Below, piece after piece: positions 18,531 through 27,303 of a DNA stretch of 32,000 bases. The DNA lies in the NCBI GenBank assembly GCA_964589775.1, contig CAZPUN010000059.1, positions 1 to 32,000 on the forward strand. The letters run 5' to 3'. The notes beneath the pieces were generated by a model that had not been told where the DNA came from, did not search any database, and saw only the letters and a program-made list of their open reading frames with translations. A program made the position numbers and the translations under genes. The stretch's first letter is position 1. The number at the start of each line of letters is the position of its first letter. Source of the stretch: an uncultured archaeon (lineage in GTDB: Archaea > Asgardarchaeota > Thorarchaeia > Thorarchaeales > CAZPUN01).

Positions 18531-20816
18531 TTGGGCTTCCTTGAGAAACTAGTATTTAAATTATTAAAGTCTCAAAATCTTGTAGCAATCCCCGGAAATT
18601 TTGAATATTTTGAAGCCGCAACAAGTTTGGGAAGAGGCAACATTGTTGCACCAAAAGAGCTCATGGCGTCTATAGGCACTCAGATTGCACGTGGCTTTTA
18701 TAATGCAATGTTCTTTACGGACAATAGTCGAAATTGGATATTACCGTTCTGGGCATATCATCAATTCAAATTCAAAGGTCCAGGTTCCATTCCAAAAGGT
18801 CATACATTAATTATATTTAATTCAAATTATCGTACATGGTGCGCAGTAGGCGGAATAGAGGGGTATGCGGAATCAATCGTAGATCCAACAGGATTAGTAG
18901 TGCCGGAGATCGAACAATATGGAATAATGTATGGGATATATAATAGCGAAACTAAGAAAATATATAATCCGGTACAACATGGAAAAATCGAACAAAAACT
19001 CGTTGAAGAATATATACCAATAGTTGATACGAAATGGGTCTTGAATAAAAGTGTAATAACACAAGTGGTATATGGAGCAGTTATTAGTGATAATGAAATT
19101 GGCAGTATAGAGTTTAATGGAAATATAGCTTCAGACGAAAAATTTGTTCTTTCCATTAGGCCATTTAATACAGAGGGAATTGCACTAATTAAAGAAATTC
19201 ATTATGATGCACCCTCAAATATAGTATACATAAACTCAAAACCTGTAATAAAGTTAGGTAGGGTGCCAGAAGTAATCACTGTTGGAAATTATCATAATGG
19301 AGACTCAATGCGTATTGATACAGCGCAAAAAGCAGATTCAATCAAATGTAAAGTCGGATTGGCAAACATATCTTTTGTATTTAATGACCCGAAAGTGAAA
19401 ATTGATTTCCTAATGAAAGGAAATCTCGTTAAAGGTTCTACAGTGGATAGTGAAATTGAAAAATGGAAAAAAGAATTAGCTAGAGCACCAAAATTAATTA
19501 TAGGAAATAAAGAAATCGAACGCCTATTCTATGTAAGTATCGCAAATCTATTACTTCATAAGGATCCAGGTTCAATTACGCCAGGACCTTCTGAATATCA
19601 TCAATTTTGGATTCGCGATACAGCATATATGGTGAATGCGTTAGATCTGCTGGGATATACAGATGAGGCACGCGATATATTAAATGAAGTGATCAGACGC
19701 CAACGAAAAAACGGTATGTATCATTCACAAGAAACCGAATGGGATTCTGCAGGACAAGGCATTTGGGTTTTAGCAGAACACTATTGGCTGAATAGAGAAC
19801 GCAGATGGCTTGAAGAAGTATATGAAAGCATTAGAAAAGCCGCGGATTGGATAATTGCAAACAGGCACATAGACCATTCAAAATATGCACCGAAAGGAAA
19901 AGAAAAAATAATTGAGGGATTACTGCCACCAGGCTTTTCTGCAGAACACCTCGGACAAAGTGATTTCTATTATTGGGATAATATATGGGGACTAGCAGGC
20001 TTACGAGAAACATTCCTATTAGGAAATGAGCTAATGCATCCAGCAACTGAGATCTATCAGAGAGAGTACGAATTGTATGCAAAAGACCTATTGAATAGTA
20101 TTGAGACAGTAAGCGAAAAATTAGGATTTATTCCAGTAGGACCATTCAGACAAGATGATAGCGCAATAATTGCAAATATGGTTGCAGTTCATCCAACACA
20201 GGCAATAGATCCAGAATACCCGCTATTAAAGAAAACTGCAGACAAACTCATCAAGGATTATACAGTCGATTATGGCTTCACCCATGAAATAGCATGGAAA
20301 TGTTATGGAACATATCTTACGATGCATTTGGCGCAATATTTCGTTTATGCAAATAAACAAGAAGAAGTTTCAAACATAATTAAATGGTTGAACGAACATA
20401 CAGTTTCACCAATGGGCTGGTCTGAAGGAATTAGCCCCCACACACTAAGTGGCGGAATGGGCGACTGCCCACACGCATGGGCAAGTGCAGACTGGATCTT
20501 ATTATTGAAGAACATGTTCGTAATAGATTATCCAAATGGGAAAATTAGCATATTATCAGGAATGCCAGAAGAATTCTTAAAGAACGGTGTGGAATTATCA
20601 AATATTAAAACGCGATATGGAATAATAGGAATCAAAGCAAAACTGAAAGACAATATATTAGACGTTTCTATAGATAGCAAGATATCACTTGATAAATTAA
20701 CAATACATACGCCACAACAAATAGTCAAAGTAGAGAATAAGGAAAATGTAATAGATGTCAGAAAAAATGAAATAGATGTCACTGCAAAAAGCAAAACATA
20801 TTCGATCCACCTTTAA
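18531..20816 (+). CDS. GH15-like (alpha/alpha)6-barrel glycoside hydrolase
   Basis: YHQFWIRDTAY (WxRD), EWDSAGQ, GLLPPGFSAEH, YYWDN.W..AGL, WSEG...GDCPHAWASA. Confidence 0.75.
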   Translation: MGFLEKLVFKLLKSQNLVAIPGNFEYFEAATSLGRGNIVAPKELMASIGTQIARGFYNAMFFTDNSRNWILPFWAYHQFKFKGPGSIPKGHTLIIFNSNYRTWCAVGGIEGYAESIVDPTGLVVPEIEQYGIMYGIYNSETKKIYNPVQHGKIEQKLVEEYIPIVDTKWVLNKSVITQVVYGAVISDNEIGSIEFNGNIASDEKFVLSIRPFNTEGIALIKEIHYDAPSNIVYINSKPVIKLGRVPEVITVGNYHNGDSMRIDTAQKADSIKCKVGLANISFVFNDPKVKIDFLMKGNLVKGSTVDSEIEKWKKELARAPKLIIGNKEIERLFYVSIANLLLHKDPGSITPGPSEYHQFWIRDTAYMVNALDLLGYTDEARDILNEVIRRQRKNGMYHSQETEWDSAGQGIWVLAEHYWLNRERRWLEEVYESIRKAADWIIANRHIDHSKYAPKGKEKIIEGLLPPGFSAEHLGQSDFYYWDNIWGLAGLRETFLLGNELMHPATEIYQREYELYAKDLLNSIETVSEKLGFIPVGPFRQDDSAIIANMVAVHPTQAIDPEYPLLKKTADKLIKDYTVDYGFTHEIAWKCYGTYLTMHLAQYFVYANKQEEVSNIIKWLNEHTVSPMGWSEGISPHTLSGGMGDCPHAWASADWILLLKNMFVIDYPNGKISILSGMPEEFLKNGVELSNIKTRYGIIGIKAKLKDNILDVSIDSKISLDKLTIHTPQQIVKVENKENVIDVRKNEIDVTAKSKTYSIHL

Positions 20817-21010
20817 ATTCATCATAGCATTGGCACATCTCAATATTAACAATCAAGAGTTTGTGTGAAAACACCCAATGAAGACAATTTCGCTCATACG
20901 TACGATGTTCCAGTAGATACTTTTTCTCAAATTTTTCTACGATCTTTTCAGATATAGTTACTTTGAGATACTTCAAATTTCACAAACATACTTATTTTTA
21001 TAAAAATTAG

Positions 21011-21045
21011 GCGAATAACACCGCTTCGAAAAGCGATGCTTTCGC
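21011..21045 (-). terminator. Long UUCG-capped hairpin 3' of the gluzincin gene (putative terminator or stability element)
   Basis: Minus strand GCGAA-AGCAUCGCUU-UUCG-AAGCGGUGUU-A-UUCGC. Three G-U pairs... two of the stem positions pair only on the minus strand (G-U), and the hairpin is followed by cuaauuuuu. Confidence 0.55.
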
Positions 21046-21060
21046 GCTTTGGAACAATGA

Positions 21061-22296
21061 TTAGTCGTTTAGAATCTCAGCAAAGGCATCATTCCATGTT
21101 GCAGCAGTCTTAGAATGTGGATTAAGATAGAGTATTTCAAAGAATCGGGCTAATTTATCTAATTTCTTCGCTTTTTCAAATGTAGGCAGAACAAAGTTAT
21201 GTCGCCCAAAATAGTATGTATAGACATAAGGCCACCAGAAATTGATTTTCCCATCGGGCGTTCTAGGACTGATAAATGCCATACCTTTTTCTGCATTTTC
21301 GCGAGGCATAATGCCATATTGCACGACATAATCAATTACATCGCTGGGCTTTTCATTTTCAATATTAAGCAAATATGTAGAATTGAGCCGAACTAATGAG
21401 CGTAATTCTGCTAATTTAGCAATTAGATTTTCTTCCTCGGTTTCTATTGTTACTCCAAGAAAATCTCTAGCAGTATCTGCGGTTCCTTCACTAATAACAG
21501 ATCTCATCGTATGTAATAGAACTACAGATAACTCAAGTTGATTATTTTCACGATATATCATTTCACGAAACATGTTATTTATGTGATGCTCATACTCATG
21601 ATAAAGAACAGCCAAAAGTCGCGTTTTATTAAACGGCATGTCTAAGTTCAAAACATTCACACTTGTATAGTTCCCCTGATAATAATTATATCCAGACCAT
21701 GCCTCACCAGTTACCGTTTTATAAATGACACCATTATCAGGAGGATAACGCGGTAGCAAACGGAAAATCTTTTCCTGAAACATCTTTCCGATTTTCTTAT
21801 TGCGTTCAGATATATCGCTGTCAATTAAACGTTTGAGTTCTTCACCTTTGATCTTGTTCGAATTCTCCCATTTGATAATTTTATCTTCAAGACTTCCAGA
21901 ACCTAAGAACTTAGCAGCTTCCTCAACCGCCAATCGCTTTTCTTCGATAATCTTATCATCAAATTTTACAGGAGTTATTCCAAATATTTGCTCAACCAGT
22001 TTAATATAATCATAATCACCAGTGCTAAGCCATTCCAACATTGTAATTAAAGATGATATATCACTATCAATCGCTTTTTTCCTAAGAGGATCATCGATCG
22101 CATCAGTAAATGATTTTATTGAGTCAAGTAACGCAATTAGACTTTCTGCAGATTTATCAAACGGGTCTTCAACTTTTGAAAACTGATCTGGACCAAAATA
22201 TGCATCAATAACACCTACACCCGTTTTTGTCTTAGTATATTTATCGATCAAAAATAATGTTTTAACATATGTTTCAAGTTCATTCATTTTTTCCAC
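21061..22296 (-). CDS. Putative zinc metallopeptidase (gluzincin; DUF885-like)
   Basis: DAYFGP, WSGYNYYQG.YTS...N, HEYEHH, downstream ISEGTA (third-ligand Glu), YVYTYYFG. Confidence 0.7.
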   Translation of the reverse strand: MEKMNELETYVKTLFLIDKYTKTKTGVGVIDAYFGPDQFSKVEDPFDKSAESLIALLDSIKSFTDAIDDPLRKKAIDSDISSLITMLEWLSTGDYDYIKLVEQIFGITPVKFDDKIIEEKRLAVEEAAKFLGSGSLEDKIIKWENSNKIKGEELKRLIDSDISERNKKIGKMFQEKIFRLLPRYPPDNGVIYKTVTGEAWSGYNYYQGNYTSVNVLNLDMPFNKTRLLAVLYHEYEHHINNMFREMIYRENNQLELSVVLLHTMRSVISEGTADTARDFLGVTIETEEENLIAKLAELRSLVRLNSTYLLNIENEKPSDVIDYVVQYGIMPRENAEKGMAFISPRTPDGKINFWWPYVYTYYFGRHNFVLPTFEKAKKLDKLARFFEILYLNPHSKTAATWNDAFAEILND

Positions 22297-22322
22297 TTCC
22301 CGGAATCCTATATTATAAATTT

Positions 22323-22670
22323 TTAAAAACCAGATTTTATTTCTTTTGCAATTTCATCCAAAATATTAGCCGCTCTATTTAGATGCTCTACGGCTTCGCG
22401 AATTCGTTCTTCTCGCCCATACCAATCAACGGTATTTAAAAGCTTAACCTGCATACGAATATCCTCAACACGCCTAGCAAAGAACATACCTAGAGGAACA
22501 TGCAATTCTCCAAAATGATCATGCTTTTCTAATATTTCAGATACTGCAAGTGCAATAAACTCCTTTCGGTCTTTTACTGATTCATGGGATTTGACAAAAC
22601 GATCTACGAGGTCTAATATCACTTCAGGAATTTCCACAGGTTCTGTTTTTCCTTCAAATAATGATTTCAT
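22323..22670 (-). CDS. Ribbon-helix-helix (CopG/MetJ-like) domain protein with a helical C-terminal extension
   Basis: PVEIPEVILDLVDRFV.....KDRKEFIALAVSEILEK is an RHH pattern. ATG 22670 has a GGTG RBS (the ORF is open from 22703). Confidence 0.65.
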   Translation of the reverse strand: MKSLFEGKTEPVEIPEVILDLVDRFVKSHESVKDRKEFIALAVSEILEKHDHFGELHVPLGMFFARRVEDIRMQVKLLNTVDWYGREERIREAVEHLNRAANILDEIAKEIKSGF

Positions 22671-22741
22671 CGCTAGCACCGTATAGATAAACATAAAATT
22701 CATTTATATTAATATACAAGCATGCACAAAAATTAATAATT

Positions 22742-22757
22742 GAAAAATATATATAAG
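22742..22757 (+). promoter_or_regulatory. BRE-TATA promoter upstream of the structured RNA region
   Basis: gaaaaa-tatatataag. The expected TSS near 22780 coincides with the start of the first stem. Confidence 0.55.
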
Positions 22758-22779
22758 TTAATAAGATTCACAATATTAC

Positions 22780-23040
22780 AAAGGACCTACGAAAATGCAT
22801 CGCCTATCAAAGTGGTGATGAATTACATAAAAGTTCAAAGTATGAACCTAGTATATATCAAGTAATTTGAAAATTAAGAATAGGTTGCGACTTGGATCCG
22901 CCGCATCCAAAATCATCCTCAAGAAACTGGAGTGATAAACAAAGAGATTCGGCGGATCACGACAAATATATACACAAAATGGCTATCGCAAGATAGCTTA
23001 TATGTAGAACCCTCGCATCTCAATGCAGGGGATAGGGAAT
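22780..23040 (+). ncRNA. Putative ~260-nt multi-stem structured non-coding RNA of unrecognised family
   Basis: At least 7 stems in an ORF-free interval, including gatccgccg/cggcggatc and ggctatc-GCAA-gatagct. G-U pairs and the GNRA loop favour the + strand. Confidence 0.6.
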
Positions 23041-23085
23041 ATATAAAACATGCATTTATATATTAAAATAACAATATAGAATAAA

Positions 23086-23099
23086 GAAAAGGTTAAATG
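23086..23099 (+). promoter_or_regulatory. BRE-TATA-like promoter of the downstream ACT-domain gene
   Basis: gaaaaggttaaatg lies ~55 bp before ATG 23151; GTGAGGT RBS follows. Confidence 0.45.
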
Positions 23100-23150
23100 C
23101 AAGCTCGATTATATTAAAAGATGAAAAGTAATAGTGAGGTTTCGTAAAAC

Positions 23151-23573
23151 ATGGCTAGTAACATATCTAATAAGGAGGGCGCAACCACTGCCACCATAAT
23201 TCGTTTCACAGATGAAAAGATTCAATTTCCACCGATATTTATTGAGACTTTGGGAAATAATCCTGCTTTAACTGTACTACACTTTAAGGATAGAGTAATG
23301 AAAATATTCCCAGTCTCGAGTGATAACATATATATGTTACGAATCGAAATTGCAGATATTTCTAGAAACTTTCTCAAACAGTTAAATTATGCATTTAATG
23401 ACGCTCATTTATCAGATATTATATTCACTACTGGTGTATGTCTTAGAGGCGAAAAATGCTACTACGAGGCATACTTTATACCAGATCAATTAAGCGTATC
23501 AATATCCGAATTTGAAAAGATGTTAAATAACATTGAGGGTGTATCTAAAGTTACATTAAAGAAAGTCGAATAA
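23151..23573 (+). CDS. Small protein with an AbrB-like N-terminus and ACT-like C-terminal domain (putative regulator)
   Basis: IIRFTDEKIQFPPIFIETLG...VMKIFP, then YMLRIEI.D...IIFTTGVC....CYYEAY...LNNIEGVSKVTL. Confidence 0.6.
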   Translation: MASNISNKEGATTATIIRFTDEKIQFPPIFIETLGNNPALTVLHFKDRVMKIFPVSSDNIYMLRIEIADISRNFLKQLNYAFNDAHLSDIIFTTGVCLRGEKCYYEAYFIPDQLSVSISEFEKMLNNIEGVSKVTLKKVE

Positions 23574-23618
23574 AATAAATCTGCGCCCCCTTCTACACCC
23601 TTTATAACTTTTATACCG

Positions 23619-23699
23619 TTAGAGCTATAAATATAAACATTTATTTTTTAAAGAGCCAAGATTTAAAACGATAACATCTTAGAGCTATTTATTTAAAAC
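23619..23699 (+). repeat. Three degenerate direct repeats at ~30-bp period upstream of the ECF-S-like gene
   Basis: ttagagctat at 23619 and 23679, agagc at 23652; atataaac/atttaaaac at 23631, 23661 and 23691. Confidence 0.55.
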
Positions 23700-23717
23700 T
23701 TAATGGAGTGTAAAATA

Positions 23718-24434
23718 ATGTCAGATGAATTTATTTCAGAAGGATTCACAAAACGAACAAGTTTCAAAATTGTACTTACATCACTTTTCTCAGCAATTTA
23801 CGTAATATTAACACCACTACCATTAAATCAGTTGATAGGTGGATCTGGAATCTTATCAATAAATGCGATTATTACCCCAATATTTGGGATTATCTTAGGA
23901 CCAATATGGGGATTGTTTGCAGGAATAATTGGAGGAATCGTATCGGCATCAATATTTCCAGCTGCAGCAGGAATGTGGATATATTCTATAATCGCACCGG
24001 GTTTAGGTGGATTTATCGGAGGAACATTAATCGAAAAGAAAATATCAATAAGTAAACATCAAATCCCGTCATTGATTATATCAGTTCTTATCTTTATAGT
24101 TGGCATATTTGGATATCTAATTCAATTATATGAGGCATGGTGGTTTATTATCCCACATATGTTTGCAGCAATCCTATTAATTGCGATATACAAAGTTAAC
24201 ATCGAACAAATAAATGATTATGCCAGAAAACTCCTAATTTTCGTTTATGCATATATTGCAACAATGGGCGAGCATATAGGAATAATGATGGGCGCAGTCT
24301 ACTATCTGAATTTGAATGCTACAGTAATGGGAACAATAATTTTTCCGATAGTGATTTTTGAACGCTTCGCAATTACTTTGATATCAGGAATAATTATTTT
24401 GGTAATTAACAAAGTGCTTAACTCGCTCACATAA
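23718..24434 (+). CDS. ECF transporter S-component-like membrane protein
   Basis: LFSAIYVIL..LP....IG, PIFGIILGPIWG..AG.IGG, terminal ER......IS; ~7 TM. GGAG RBS before ATG 23718. Confidence 0.7.
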   Translation: MSDEFISEGFTKRTSFKIVLTSLFSAIYVILTPLPLNQLIGGSGILSINAIITPIFGIILGPIWGLFAGIIGGIVSASIFPAAAGMWIYSIIAPGLGGFIGGTLIEKKISISKHQIPSLIISVLIFIVGIFGYLIQLYEAWWFIIPHMFAAILLIAIYKVNIEQINDYARKLLIFVYAYIATMGEHIGIMMGAVYYLNLNATVMGTIIFPIVIFERFAITLISGIIILVINKVLNSLT

Positions 24435-24489
24435 AGGTACATAAAAGTTTTATTTCTTTTTTCTTTTCTTTCTCATTGGAGGAAAGTAA

Positions 24490-25521
24490 TTGAAGCAAAT
24501 AATTGGAGTTAGTAAGTTCTCGGGTTTTGACTGCTCAACATGCTTAGCAAAATGCTGCCAAAATAGAGCATTAGAATTGGTCATGACAGAACATATTGGT
24601 GAGAAAATTAAAAATACATTTATAGAACTTCATCCGTTCATAATTAAAACCGAAACAGGATATAAATTAGTTCGAAGTGCAAGATGCCCACTTTTACAAG
24701 ATGATGGATTATGTGCAGCTGAAGCAAAATTAGGACGCGAAAACAAACCGTATGCATGCAGGTTATTTCCATTTAATTTTTATAATATCGGGGATTATCT
24801 ACTTGTTCGAATTTATCCATGCAATAATTGGCAGTGGTATATGGGTAATGGATACCAATTACAAATTGAAAATTTCATCGCGCTATATCAAGAGATCATA
24901 CAAAAAGGATACAGCGAAGTTATTATAACGCACGAAAGTTATATTGAAAATACACTGACAGAAGAGAGAATTGAAAAAGAGATAAAGACAATTTTTTATG
25001 ATCCTAAAGATGATCGCCTTTTGGACCTTGCATTTAATGAATCAAAATTATTCTTACCAGATGATTATGATAAGATTTTAGATTTTATTGCAGACCTCTT
25101 AAGAAAGCACTTCGTAACACAAATAAATATCCATAAGTTTGAACTTGAACAAATTCCAAAACCTACACAAGATATTATTGAAGGATATCTACGTGGTGTC
25201 TTAAAATATGAAACATTTATGCCCCAAATGATAGCAACAGATTTCGAAGATTCCGTCCAGATTCGAAACTTTATCGTGTTATTAGGAACATTCCAATTAT
25301 TAGTCACAATAGAGTTACAGAAAAAAATACAGATGCCAAATCCCATATTAAATGAAATTGCATGGGGGTTAATATTTAACGTGAATTCGCCAACCTTACG
25401 GAGTGTATCAGATTATATTAAATATCGATTTGAAATCAAAAAGACTGGTGATTTAATCATAAATTACGAAAGAGAACAATTAATCGAGGCGATTAGAAAA
25501 TTATTCAAAAGAAGAAGATAA
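24490..25521 (+). CDS. YkgJ/FliB-like cysteine-cluster (CxxCxxxCC) zinc/iron-chelating protein with a helical C-terminal domain
   Basis: FDCSTCLAKCC, CPLLQDDGLC, KPYACRLFPF, YPC. GGAGG RBS before the TTG start. Confidence 0.8.
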   Translation: MKQIIGVSKFSGFDCSTCLAKCCQNRALELVMTEHIGEKIKNTFIELHPFIIKTETGYKLVRSARCPLLQDDGLCAAEAKLGRENKPYACRLFPFNFYNIGDYLLVRIYPCNNWQWYMGNGYQLQIENFIALYQEIIQKGYSEVIITHESYIENTLTEERIEKEIKTIFYDPKDDRLLDLAFNESKLFLPDDYDKILDFIADLLRKHFVTQINIHKFELEQIPKPTQDIIEGYLRGVLKYETFMPQMIATDFEDSVQIRNFIVLLGTFQLLVTIELQKKIQMPNPILNEIAWGLIFNVNSPTLRSVSDYIKYRFEIKKTGDLIINYEREQLIEAIRKLFKRRR

Positions 25522-25605
25522 ATAAAATACACATACCGAACACTTAATAAGAACTAATTTAACTTTTTTTATTTCAAAAGTCGCCCCATGAATTGGTGAG
25601 AAAAA

Positions 25606-27303
25606 TTGGCATTTGATCCCACAAACCCACTGATTATCCAGAGCGACCGCTCAATTCTTTTAGAAGTTGATAATCCAAAATTTGAAGAGGCTAGAGACTT
25701 CTTGAGTAGGTTTGCAGAAATAATAAAGAGCCCGGAATATGTGCATACATATAGTATAACACCACTGTCATTATGGAATGCAGCATCTGCAGGAATGACT
25801 GCAGAAGAGATTATTGAAGGCCTAAAGAAATTTTCCAAGTATCCGGTCCCATCAAATGTAATACGAGATATAAAGGACTATATTTCTAGATATGGTCGTG
25901 TAAAGATCATAAAAGAAAATGATGAATTTTACCTGAAATGTGACTCGGAAGTCCTAGCAGATGAAATTTGGTCAAATAAAAAGACCAGACAATATCTTAT
26001 CGAGAGAATTGATGATATTACATTCATTTTCGATGAAGGCGACCGAGGCTTCTTAAAACAAGCACTTGTTGAAATCGGATATCCAGCAGAAGATCTCGCA
26101 GGATATGTTGAAGGCGAATATTTAGATATTGAATTGAGAAAAATCACTCGCTCTGGAAAACCATTCGAACTTAGAGATTATCAAAAAGAAGCTGCAGAAG
26201 CGTTCTATGCAGGGGGTAGCGTACATGGTGGAAGTGGGGTCATCGTATTACCATGTGGAGCAGGTAAAACAATTGTGGGTCTTGCAGCAATGGCGCTAGT
26301 CAAATCATCAACTTTAATTTTAGCAACAAACTTGGTAGCTGTACGCCAATGGATTTCAGAAATAATTGATAAGACCACAATAGATCCAAGCCTTGTAGGA
26401 GAATATTCTGGCGAAAAGAAGGAAATAAAACCCATAACGGTGGTTACATATCAGGTATTGACGTATCACTCTTCTAAAGACTCACCATTCGAACACTTGG
26501 ACATATTTATGGCACGAAATTGGGGACTGATAATTTACGATGAAGTTCATGTATTACCGGCGCCTATTTTTAGAGCAACAGCAAAAATACAGGCAACTAG
26601 AAGATTAGGATTAACTGCCACACTTATTCGAGAGGATGGACGAGAAAGTGATGTGTTTTCCCTGATCGGGCCTAAGAAATTCGATAAGCCATGGAAAACC
26701 CTTGAGAATCAAGGATGGATTGCAGAAGCAATTTGTCACGAAATTAGAGTCGAATTACCTGATGAACTGTTACGTAAGTATGCAGTGGCGGATGATAGAA
26801 ACAAATATAGGATTGCAGCAGAGAATCCCGAAAAAATCAAAATTGTCAAAAAAATACTTGAAAAGCACAAAAAAGACAATATTCTCATTATAGGTTTATA
26901 TTTATCTCAATTAAGACAAATTGCAAAAGAAATCAATGCCCCGATAATTACAGGAAAAACACCACAAAAGGAGAGATTGGAATTATTCAAACAATTTAGA
27001 GAAGGAAAAATAAAGGTTTTAGTAGTATCAAAAGTCGCAAATTTTGCAATAGATCTACCAGATGCAAATGTTGCAATCCAAATATCAGGAACATTCGGTT
27101 CCAGACAAGAAGAAGCACAAAGACTTGGTCGTATACTTAGACCCAAAGAAGATGGCAGCCAAGCACACTTTTATTCAATTGTCACTAAAGATACAAAAGA
27201 TATGGACTTTGCAGCGAAAAGACAATTATTCCTCACTGAACAAGGATATCAATACATTATTCAAGATCCTGAAGCATTATTTGGTGAAGTTGAAGAATCT
27301 TAA
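25606..27303 (+). CDS. xpb: XPB/Ssl2/Rad25 SF2 DNA helicase/translocase with an N-terminal helicase-associated (Helicase_C_3) domain
   Basis: LRDYQ, SGVIVLPCGAGKT, YDEVH, GLTATLIRED (RED motif), DLPDANVAIQIS..FGSRQEEAQRLGRILRPK; N-terminal FAE..KSPEYVHTY.ITPLSLWNA. GGTGA RBS. Confidence 0.93.
   Translation: MAFDPTNPLIIQSDRSILLEVDNPKFEEARDFLSRFAEIIKSPEYVHTYSITPLSLWNAASAGMTAEEIIEGLKKFSKYPVPSNVIRDIKDYISRYGRVKIIKENDEFYLKCDSEVLADEIWSNKKTRQYLIERIDDITFIFDEGDRGFLKQALVEIGYPAEDLAGYVEGEYLDIELRKITRSGKPFELRDYQKEAAEAFYAGGSVHGGSGVIVLPCGAGKTIVGLAAMALVKSSTLILATNLVAVRQWISEIIDKTTIDPSLVGEYSGEKKEIKPITVVTYQVLTYHSSKDSPFEHLDIFMARNWGLIIYDEVHVLPAPIFRATAKIQATRRLGLTATLIREDGRESDVFSLIGPKKFDKPWKTLENQGWIAEAICHEIRVELPDELLRKYAVADDRNKYRIAAENPEKIKIVKKILEKHKKDNILIIGLYLSQLRQIAKEINAPIITGKTPQKERLELFKQFREGKIKVLVVSKVANFAIDLPDANVAIQISGTFGSRQEEAQRLGRILRPKEDGSQAHFYSIVTKDTKDMDFAAKRQLFLTEQGYQYIIQDPEALFGEVEES

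Noticed and set aside
21011-21045. SECIS element
   Set aside because: No in-frame TGA selenoprotein candidate is evident in the flanking genes, and the AUGA/GA core is absent.
22795-22865. Tiny ORFs MHRLSKW* and MNYIKVQSMNLVYIK* as attenuator leader peptides
   Set aside because: They have no regulatory codon runs and only a weak RBS, and ORFs this short are expected by chance. Not excluded without Ribo-seq.
22780-23040. Assignment of the structured region to RNase P, SRP, a C/D sRNA, or a TPP/cobalamin riboswitch
   Set aside because: Diagnostic motifs are missing. A box C-like GUGAUGA (22815-21) has no CUGA partner, and 'gauagggaa' is not followed by a B12 core.
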